This document shows positions 25,030-32,000 of a stretch of 32,000 nucleotides of DNA, piece by piece. The position numbers and the translations under genes are program-made. Position 1 is the first letter of the stretch, and every line of letters starts with the position of its first letter. Origin of the DNA: Rosenbergiella sp. YN46. GTDB taxonomy: Bacteria; Pseudomonadota; Gammaproteobacteria; Enterobacterales; Enterobacteriaceae. Where the stretch lies: assembly GCA_036620675.1 (NCBI GenBank), contig JAZHEE010000002.1. One strand, given 5' to 3'. The notes beneath the pieces are model-generated. The model saw only the letters and a list, made by a program, of their open reading frames with translations. It did not search any database and was not told the origin of the DNA.

Positions 25030-25785
25030 ATGATGTTAGCCACCCAAAGAAAACAGCGTATCCTGGAGATTCTGGCCAGAGAAAAACAGGTGCACTCCAC
25101 GGCATTGAGCCAGCAATTTAAGGTCTCAGAGGACTCGATTCGTCGGGATTTAAGGGAGCTGGCCGCTGCCGGTCTGCTACAGCGGGTGCACGGCGGAGCG
25201 CTACCGGTTTCTGCTGCCATTGCGCCCTATGAAGTAAGAAAAAACGTGCAGACAGACGCAAAAAGGAGCATCGCCCGCAAGGGGGTGGAACTGATTAACC
25301 CGGGCCAGGTGGTAATTATTGACGGCGGCACCACTACCAGCGAAATGATCAAACTGCTGCCGCAGGATATGCCCTTCACCGTGGTCACCCATAGTCCCGG
25401 TATTGCTGTCGGGCTGATTGACTATCCGGCCATTGAGGTGATTCTGCTGGGCGGTACCCTGTTTAAACACTCGATGGTCACGACAGGAATGACCATGGCT
25501 GAAGCCGCTGCCAGAATTAATGCCGATCTCTTTTTTATGGGAGTAACGGGCGTTCACCAAAGCGTCGGGTTTACCACCGGTAGCTATGAAGAGGCGGGGG
25601 TAAAACGGTTGCTGAGCGCAAGGGCATCTGAAACTATCGTGATGGCATCACATGAAAAAATCGATGCGGCTTCCACCTTCGTGATTGGCGAACTCAGTCT
25701 TGCCAGTACGTTAATTGTAGAGGGGGAACCGGGAGCGCCGCTGATGGCGGCACTAAATAAGGAAGGCGTGTCGGTGATAAATTAA
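25030..25785 (+). CDS. DeoR/GlpR-family transcriptional regulator
   Basis: 251 aa with an N-terminal wHTH (RKQRILEIL....V....LSQQF.VSEDSIRRDL.EL...GLL.RVHGGA) and a sugar-phosphate-binding C-domain. The start could be 25030 or 25033. Confidence 0.9.
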   Translation: MMLATQRKQRILEILAREKQVHSTALSQQFKVSEDSIRRDLRELAAAGLLQRVHGGALPVSAAIAPYEVRKNVQTDAKRSIARKGVELINPGQVVIIDGGTTTSEMIKLLPQDMPFTVVTHSPGIAVGLIDYPAIEVILLGGTLFKHSMVTTGMTMAEAAARINADLFFMGVTGVHQSVGFTTGSYEEAGVKRLLSARASETIVMASHEKIDAASTFVIGELSLASTLIVEGEPGAPLMAALNKEGVSVIN

Positions 25786-25893
25786 TTTTGTATTTATCTG
25801 GAATCTTTGAAAATGATTTCAATACCAGACAACCCGCAGTGCCAGAATCCTGGCCATCTTATATTCTGACACTACGGATGTTTCGGGTAGGGT

Positions 25894-26133
25894 TCACCAC
25901 GCCGTCCAGTACGATGCCAGCGATGCAACGTTGGCCAGTTGCTGCGGCTGGTTCTGTATGGGGAGCGGCGTATCGCTGGCGATATCGAAAATCAGCGGCT
26001 GTTGTATATCGTGATGGGCATAGAAGCTGTCATGCCAGCAGTGCCAGGCCTGAACTTCATTGATTAGCAGGCAGATAAGACTCAAAATCAGCAGCAGAAA
26101 CAGAGCGGACTTTACGAAATTAATGCGGATCAT
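25894..26133 (-). CDS. Small single-pass membrane protein (hypothetical)
   Basis: I chose the internal ATG at 26133, preceded by AAGGAAG. 79 aa with an N-terminal TM helix (ALFLLLILSLICLLI). A degraded paralog lies at 30669-30851. Confidence 0.5.
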   Translation of the reverse strand: MIRINFVKSALFLLLILSLICLLINEVQAWHCWHDSFYAHHDIQQPLIFDIASDTPLPIQNQPQQLANVASLASYWTAW

Positions 26134-26547
26134 GGTGCGCTTCCTTTCATATGAGGACAACAACCTTGTTGCCATTCAGAGGCCGCTCTTACCCTTCTAC
26201 TTCCTTTCCCATTGAGCGGTGGAATGGGAATATTCCGAATGTGGAAATTATATGTAGCCTGTTTCTTTGTCAACAACTGTTTTCGCTGGTTATGTTTGCC
26301 ATCGGGGTTTTGTAATGTTTTCTGTAAGAAATTACTTATTTTGTTTTTGCGGGGAGATGAACGATAAAAAAAAAGCTGGGATATTGTTACGGGCTAATTA
26401 AAGCAAGAAATAAATATCAGTAAATAATCGGTAGAGATCAAATTTTCCCGCACAGGTTAATATGTTCGTGTTGATGGGAGTCAAGTTTGCACAGCGATAG
26501 TGATAAAAGGTGGGAAGGGCGCAGCCAAAGACCGCGCCCGTCAGACA

Positions 26548-26810
26548 TCAAAAGTCGTAGTAGATGGAAAGCCAGGTGGTATCCTGCTCATTGTCGCTGC
26601 TGGATGCCAGGGTACGCTCCAGCCAGAACGAAAAGCCGTGACCAATGATAGTGTACATGCCCAGATAAACGTGATTCGCGTGGTAATTTTCGTCGCCCTT
26701 CAGGCGCAGCGTGTCGGCCGCAATGCAAGGCTGGATGGATTCCACGAATGGTTTATCAACGGGGGAGGGAATTGCCCACAAAGCTTTCCAGAACGTAACC
26801 CTAACCGCCT
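26548..26810 (-). pseudogene. 3' fragment of porin-like gene (duplicate of 31239-31500)
   Basis: ...DKPFVESIQPCIAADTLRLKGDENYHANHVYLGMYTIIGHGFSFWLERTLASSSDNEQDTTWLSIYYDF equals the C-terminus of the downstream porin-like ORF. The sequence upstream in the ORF is unrelated. Confidence 0.75.
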
Positions 26811-27207
26811 TCAGGTGCTCTACCGTTTCTTTGCAATTGTATCTGGAGGGGACACCTGCTCTGGCGGCCAGCCTGGCACCGGAATACTGCGGGGTACAGG
26901 GATGTTTATCATTATCAAGAGCCTTTTCAACGGGTAACTTCGTCAACATGCGAGGAACGGGTTAATATCGGCTTTGGTCTTAAGGTCTTTAACCGGGTTA
27001 GCTGAAAGGACTTTAAGTTTCTTTTGGTCCATACATAAATTTCCCGTCTTTGCTATGGGAATAAAGATCCCCAAAACAGGCCGATACAAAATTTAAGTCA
27101 CAGCCTCCAGCGAGCTGCTTTGTTATCGGAGCTGGTGACCGCCTGGACGGTCACCTCAGAGAAATGGTATTTACATCGCGTGGCGAACAGGCGCCTGGCA
27201 GCAAATA

Positions 27208-30200
27208 TCAAAATAAATATTTCACACCTAAAATGGCCTGTGTATCGCTGTATCCTTTGCCACCAATCTGTTGGGCTACATTCCCCCATAGATTCACATT
27301 ACGGTTGAGTTGACTCTCGACTCCTACTTTTACCTCGCCGATATTTCGGGTTCCTGCCTGTCCCACGTGAACTCCATTAAGCGATGCTCCGAAATCCTTT
27401 GTGTTATGCAGCCAGTTTAGCTCTACAAATGGCTCAAAGGTACGCTCCTTCCCTTCATCAATAACACTGCGTCCTTTAATAAATGCCCTGACGCCAAGGC
27501 GGGACTGAATATTACCGTCGCCAGAGCTATGTACCCGCGTCCCGTTTACTTCCCGATGAGCATCGGCTTTTACTCCCATCCATATCAGTTGAGCTACAGG
27601 CTGAATGTAATAGCTTTCACGCTCATTTCTTTCCCCTGTTTTCCAGGTATAACCTGTTTCCACAGATGCCGTAATACCTTTCGACTTATAGCTTTCAGAG
27701 GGTAGCGACTGGCCACTGATACGGTTATTAAACCAGTTATACAGCACCCAGGTGTCAACATAACCCCCCGTCTTTTGCTCATTGTCCTGGAACCAGGTGC
27801 CATATATCCCGGTACTGTAGCCATTGACGCTGCCGTCAGCCCGGTAACTATTGTGAGTATTACGGGTGTTGCTCTTCTGGTTTGCGTAGCCGCCCATAAT
27901 CCCGAGATGGAAACGATTTTGACCGTTGCTGCTCCACTGTGCGATATCGCCCCCCAGTTGCATAACATAGCGGTTGGCCTGTGTGTTCAACTGACCACTG
28001 CTATCCTTAAACCGGGTGTGTCCGCCGATATGACGTAACCACATACTGGTCACTTGTTCCTCACCGCTCAGGGCATCCACATAGTGAGTTTCTCCAAGAC
28101 GATCGTGTAACCGGTGTACAAACAATGTATTTGCAGCTTGCAGATTGGTTGCATATTCGCTTCCTTCCGGGCGAATGTCAGGCTGCGGAGCTGGTTCCGG
28201 TGAGGGTTCAGGCCCCGGCCCCGGCCCCGGCTCCGGCTCCGGCTCTGGATTAGGCCTGGTGTTGATAAGATACCAGTTGGCATAGTCATTCCCTTTACCG
28301 CGGCTTAAATAATATTCATAGGCGCCACCCACTATGCGTCCGCTTTGCACAAAGGTACCTTCCGAATGGCCTGCTACGCTAATTAATTCAATGCCTTTAT
28401 TGGTATAAGCACCGGTACCACCTGTGTTATTCACCTGTACAAAGGTGGTGCCAGCTGTATTTCCCTTGATAATCAGTCGGTCGGTTTTTGAGGCATCATT
28501 TCCAAGGACAGTGTTGAACTCAATGTGTCCATTATTCCCGATGTAGTTCCCTTCAACCAGAAGAGTATTGCCGACCCGTTGTTGTTGATTACCTGTATTT
28601 CCGGCAATTATTACGCTTCCGGTATTGATTAATTCTTTATCAATAAGGAGTTGGGCAGGGCGCTGTTTTTTATTATATAAACTGCCTACCTTAAGAGTTG
28701 CGCCATTCATTACCTGTGTTTTACCGAGGTAGCCCTCAGCAGAAAGCATGCCACCCGTTTGTACAGATATCTCACCGCCTAAAGCATTGGACGAATCCAG
28801 ACCGCCATGCTGAACGGATACTTTTCCTGCGTAACCTCCACTATCGCCGCTTAAGTATAAAGTAGAGAGACCGCTTTTCTCGATATACCCTGAACCTGCG
28901 AATGAGCCAGCATAATGGCTGTTTGAGTTTTGATTAACGATTAGGTTGGCATCCGTGATATCTACCTCACCGCCCCTGCCTGAAAGGTATGACATCGTCA
29001 AATCATGACCGTTAAGATTCAGTTTACCGGCATTGATAATATATGAGGTATTATTTACTAATGCGCCATCACTGTCTGACCGAAGTTCTCCGGCCTCTAT
29101 TCGCGTTCCGCCTGAGTAACTATTTAACCCAGAAAATACCACCAGACCATCGCCTGATTTGACTATCCCACCATTTCCTTTTAATGAACCGTTAAGATGC
29201 ATTTCTTTATTATTGCCGGATTCCAGCACTGATTCTGAGAGTACATTCATATCTACGCGGGTGGACAGTTTGTCATCGCAGTAGTCACATTCATTTACCC
29301 GGAGAGTTCCTCCATTAAGATTAAATGAATAAGAGCCGGCACCGGAAATTATCGCGTCCTGATCAGGCGATAACTTACTGTTGGCGATAGTCATAAATCC
29401 ATCTTTATTCAGGTTGACTGTCGCAGATGTATCATTGCTGCTTGCCAGGAACAGGCCGGAAACCGGATTTTCAAAACCATCTGCATCAGTATTAGCTTTG
29501 CCTTCAAAAATGACTTCGCCGTAGTTATCAATATTAAGAACCGCCGATCCGGCACCCTTTTGTTTTACTTTCACATCGATAGACTGGAGATCGTCAAGTG
29601 CATCAGCGGCCAGGGACATTTGGCTACCGACGATTAAACGGCTACCGCTTCCTGAAACAGTGATTTCAGCAGAGGGGGAGCTATCAGTCAAGTAAGTGTT
29701 ATCGTCTGCTAAGGTTGTTGACGCGCTTATCCTTCCGGCATATAACTTTCCTCCATCGGTGATATTAATTATTCCCCTGCCAATAAAACCAAGATATAAC
29801 GAACCATTTTCAACAGAATCACCAAGATAAGGAGCATTGTTTTTTAAAATCAATGCGCTACCAGAACCTGAGATATTTAAAATTCCTGTGTTGCTGGCGT
29901 TTCCTGTACCTATGTATGCTTTGTTTTTAGAGAAGTTTTTTTCTTCACCGACGTTCATGACCGCGCCGTCAAGTATATTCAATACACCTGTTACTTCACT
30001 ATCTCTTTGGGTATTCCAGTCAAAATTCCCACTACTACCAACGCGGAGATCGAGTGAAGTCACCTCCCCAATTTGTGGGCCAACAAGATTTAGTATGCCA
30101 TGAGTGTTATAGATGGGGGTTCTTTCGGTTGTGACGGTGCCAACAGCAAAATAGGTAGTGTTATTTATATTTGTTGCGGACTCAGATAGGGTTAATGAAC

Positions 30201-30435
30201 CATTTCCACCATCCAGTCCAACAGTGAAGGAGCTATTATATGTTGATGAGCCCTTTAATAACAGATTGCCAGTATTGCCATCGCCACCACCAATGATGTC
30301 ACCTTTGGTGTTCCTGTCCCAGAGTCCATCACTCCATACTTCAGAAGAGTTAAAGTATGGTGGTGCAGCAGAAACGGAACAGCTTAATAAAGCTAAAGTG
30401 GATACCCTGGAAAGATAATTGGCTTTAAATAACAT
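27208..30435 (-). CDS. AIDA/pertactin-type classical autotransporter (type Va) adhesin-like protein
   Basis: 1075 aa with a signal peptide and a long Gly/Asn/Ser-rich beta-helix passenger with imperfect repeats. A Pro-rich linker (PNPEPEPEPGPGPGPEPSPEPAPQP) precedes a C-terminal 12-strand-type beta-barrel ending ...LGVKYLF. GC is low. Confidence 0.93.
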   Translation of the reverse strand: MLFKANYLSRVSTLALLSCSVSAAPPYFNSSEVWSDGLWDRNTKGDIIGGGDGNTGNLLLKGSSTYNSSFTVGLDGGNGSLTLSESATNINNTTYFAVGTVTTERTPIYNTHGILNLVGPQIGEVTSLDLRVGSSGNFDWNTQRDSEVTGVLNILDGAVMNVGEEKNFSKNKAYIGTGNASNTGILNISGSGSALILKNNAPYLGDSVENGSLYLGFIGRGIINITDGGKLYAGRISASTTLADDNTYLTDSSPSAEITVSGSGSRLIVGSQMSLAADALDDLQSIDVKVKQKGAGSAVLNIDNYGEVIFEGKANTDADGFENPVSGLFLASSNDTSATVNLNKDGFMTIANSKLSPDQDAIISGAGSYSFNLNGGTLRVNECDYCDDKLSTRVDMNVLSESVLESGNNKEMHLNGSLKGNGGIVKSGDGLVVFSGLNSYSGGTRIEAGELRSDSDGALVNNTSYIINAGKLNLNGHDLTMSYLSGRGGEVDITDANLIVNQNSNSHYAGSFAGSGYIEKSGLSTLYLSGDSGGYAGKVSVQHGGLDSSNALGGEISVQTGGMLSAEGYLGKTQVMNGATLKVGSLYNKKQRPAQLLIDKELINTGSVIIAGNTGNQQQRVGNTLLVEGNYIGNNGHIEFNTVLGNDASKTDRLIIKGNTAGTTFVQVNNTGGTGAYTNKGIELISVAGHSEGTFVQSGRIVGGAYEYYLSRGKGNDYANWYLINTRPNPEPEPEPGPGPGPEPSPEPAPQPDIRPEGSEYATNLQAANTLFVHRLHDRLGETHYVDALSGEEQVTSMWLRHIGGHTRFKDSSGQLNTQANRYVMQLGGDIAQWSSNGQNRFHLGIMGGYANQKSNTRNTHNSYRADGSVNGYSTGIYGTWFQDNEQKTGGYVDTWVLYNWFNNRISGQSLPSESYKSKGITASVETGYTWKTGERNERESYYIQPVAQLIWMGVKADAHREVNGTRVHSSGDGNIQSRLGVRAFIKGRSVIDEGKERTFEPFVELNWLHNTKDFGASLNGVHVGQAGTRNIGEVKVGVESQLNRNVNLWGNVAQQIGGKGYSDTQAILGVKYLF
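28211..28247 (-). repeat. Tandem hexanucleotide repeats (GGCCCC x3, GGCTCC x2-3) encoding the (PE)n(PG)n linker
   Basis: Read directly from the sequence: ggccccggccccggccccggctccggctccggctctgg. Confidence 0.85.
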
Positions 30436-30629
30436 TTTTAATATCCTTTTTAAATGTTATATCAATTAAGGATTTGCTCTTTTTTTAAAACATGTAGTTT
30501 GTCAATAAGATATGTTTTGTGTGATCGCTGGCGTCCTGTTGCTTAGGGTCGGTGGAGCCAGAATGGCTGCCTGCTAGTGATAGATTAGTCTGGTCGTTAC
30601 CGCTGCTGACATTACCGGATATCTTCGGA

Positions 30630-31500
30630 AACACCAGAATGGCAGTATAAGGTATGTTTCACCACACCTTATGGTGCTTCACCGTCCAGATGCTGAGCCC
30701 AATTCCATATGAGAAACATCGAATCGATGGCGATATTGGAAATCTGTGGCAGTCGTACCCCATAGCGAATATGGGAACGGCCATGCCAGCGATGCCAGGC
30801 ATGGTTTCTATTGATTAGCGGGGCGGACTTTACAAGATTAGTATGGAGCATCGGTACGCTTCCTTTCATATGAGAGACAACAGCCTTGTTGTTATTCAGG
30901 GATCGCTCTTATTCTTGTTGTGGCATCTCCTGTTGAGCGGTGTTCTGGGAAATATTCTCAATATGAGATTATATTCAGGCTGTTTATTTGTCAACAACTG
31001 TTTTCTTTGATGATGTTGTGCGTTGGGATTCGGTAGTGGTATTAAAGGAAAGTGCTGATTTAACTATGAAGTATTGCTTTATTTTTTGCTAATTCAAAAG
31101 ATAAGCATGATGAATGAGTTGTGGAGTCGTGTGTTCCGCTCAAGGAAAAACGCTCAGATTGATAAATGTCTGGCACGCTGCTGCGATAGCAGGATAAAAG
31201 GTGGGAAGGGCGCAGCCCAAGGCCGCGCCCGTCAGACATCAGAAGTCGTAGTAGATGGAAAGCCAGGTGGTATCCTGCTCATTGTCGCTGCTGGATGCCA
31301 GGGTACGCTCCAGCCAGAACGAAAAGCCGTGACCAATGGTGGTGTACATGCCCAGATAAACGTGATTCGCGTGGTAATTTTCGTCGCCCTTCAGGCGCAG
31401 CGTGTCGGCCGCAACGTAAGGCTGGATGGATTCCAGGAACGGTTTATCAATGGGAAAGGTATAGCCGACAAAGCTTTCCAGACCGTAGCCGTCACCGGCG
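30630..31500. repeat. Direct repeat copy B
   Basis: See copy A. The order of elements is the same and so is the orientation. Confidence 0.8.
30669..30851 (-). pseudogene. Degraded paralog of the small membrane-protein gene (TM segment deleted, frameshifted)
   Basis: MLHTNLVKSAP..LINRNHAWHRWH aligns with MIRINFVKSALFLLLILSLICLLINEVQAWHCWH. The upstream leader and SD region are also homologous. Confidence 0.5.
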
Positions 31501-32000
31501 AAGTAACGGCGGGTATTCTGCTGTTTCTTTGACGGAACGTAATTGTCGTACCAGGTGGCGGTTCCCACCATATACCAGTTACCTGGCTGCCAGGTCAGCG
31601 CGGCACCGGAATACTGCTGGTTATAGGTACGCTTATCATTGTCCGGCCCTTTAATCGTTGCCCGGGTCTGGTTCCAGGAGGCGCTGAAGACCAGGTCTTT
31701 TTGTAACTGATAATCGAAGCCGATGCCGCCGCCGTGGTTACGACGATAACGTAGGCTTTCGCCGGCATCGGTTTCGTCCTGTGGCAGCAGGTAATCCGCA
31801 TACAGAGTAAGATCGCCAAAGGTGTTGGTGTATTTCACGGTATTTTTCGGACGCTCACCGCCGTCATAGTCACCATTAATACCGATCCAGTTGGCGCTGG
31901 CGTGGCCGTCGTTGTCCCAGACGTCGCTCTTAACCCCGATGGTGTCGTAATAGACGCCATACTGATGGCCGAAAGTCAGGGTTCCGTACACATTGTCCTT
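31239..32000 (-). CDS. Porin-like outer-membrane beta-barrel protein, C-terminal part (gene continues beyond window end)
   Basis: The frame is open to the window edge. It shows an alternating aromatic/polar beta-strand pattern, an ...YGTLTFGHQYGVYYD... porin-like motif and a C-terminal ...LSIYYDF with terminal Phe. A hairpin follows the stop. Confidence 0.65.
   Translation of the reverse strand, partial: KDNVYGTLTFGHQYGVYYDTIGVKSDVWDNDGHASANWIGINGDYDGGERPKNTVKYTNTFGDLTLYADYLLPQDETDAGESLRYRRNHGGGIGFDYQLQKDLVFSASWNQTRATIKGPDNDKRTYNQQYSGAALTWQPGNWYMVGTATWYDNYVPSKKQQNTRRYFAGDGYGLESFVGYTFPIDKPFLESIQPYVAADTLRLKGDENYHANHVYLGMYTTIGHGFSFWLERTLASSSDNEQDTTWLSIYYDF

Larger units (their letters stand above)
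25835..26810. repeat. Direct repeat copy A (small membrane-protein gene + intergenic + 3' end of porin-like gene)
   Basis: By-eye alignment to 30630-31500. The porin 3' end and its terminator hairpin are nearly identical, while the small gene and intergenic parts are much more diverged. Confidence 0.8.

Noticed and set aside
26500-26937. Plus-strand ORFs 26500-26937 and 31074-31532, which resemble each other
   Set aside because: Their similarity simply reflects the duplicated porin 3' end that they lie antisense to. It is not independent evidence of coding.
27134-27155. 8-bp hairpin GGTGACCG-CCTGGA-CGGTCACC downstream of the autotransporter stop
   Set aside because: No U-tract follows on either strand, so I did not call it an intrinsic terminator.

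Overview
The window looks like enterobacterial chromosome, by gene order and protein similarity to E. coli. GC is high and no flagellar genes lie between yedD and fliY/tcyJ, which would fit a Klebsiella/Raoultella-like host, but I could not verify that. It has three parts.

(1) 1-12.3 kb is conserved core. It holds a partial aminotransferase/CMD-family/C45-acyltransferase operon, then yedF-yedE, yedD, tcyJ(fliY)-dcyD-tcyL-tcyN, yecF, uvrY-uvrC, pgsA and the glyW-cysT-leuZ tRNA operon. sdiA is missing from its usual slot between tcyN and yecF.

(2) 12.3-23.4 kb, directly downstream of leuZ, is a layered mosaic of mobile-DNA wreckage:
- The left end of a P2/186-like prophage: int, two cargo genes, cI-like repressor, divergent early genes, exonuclease, and a dam gene cut after about 70 codons.
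- An IS110-family element with a long 5' non-coding region.
- A 3'-truncated IS3-family element.
- A stand-alone RNase A-like polymorphic toxin with two tandem CdiI-like immunity paralogs.
- Four consecutive genes of a PFGI-1/ICEclc-type ICE transfer module, truncated and joined to a LysE-family gene fragment.
- A second, degraded P2-type integrase remnant.
- An AT-rich 86-codon gene whose first 15 residues look like a class II microcin double-glycine leader.

(3) 23.9-32 kb is accessory. It holds a NudK-like Nudix hydrolase overlapping a small Rossmann-like gene, with a divergent DeoR regulator. It also holds a low-GC 1075-aa AIDA/pertactin-type autotransporter flanked by roughly 0.9-kb diverged direct repeats. 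Each repeat carries the 3' end of a porin-like gene plus a small membrane-protein gene.

I found no CRISPR array and no rRNA. The candidates most worth follow-up are:
- the orphan microcin-like precursor;
- the toxin with its double immunity module and no visible delivery domain;
- the lysogeny-module cargo, a tail-anchored 209-aa protein that shares a peptide motif with the repressor C-terminus;
- the putative IS110 bridge-RNA region.

All family assignments come from reading the translations by eye. No searches were run.
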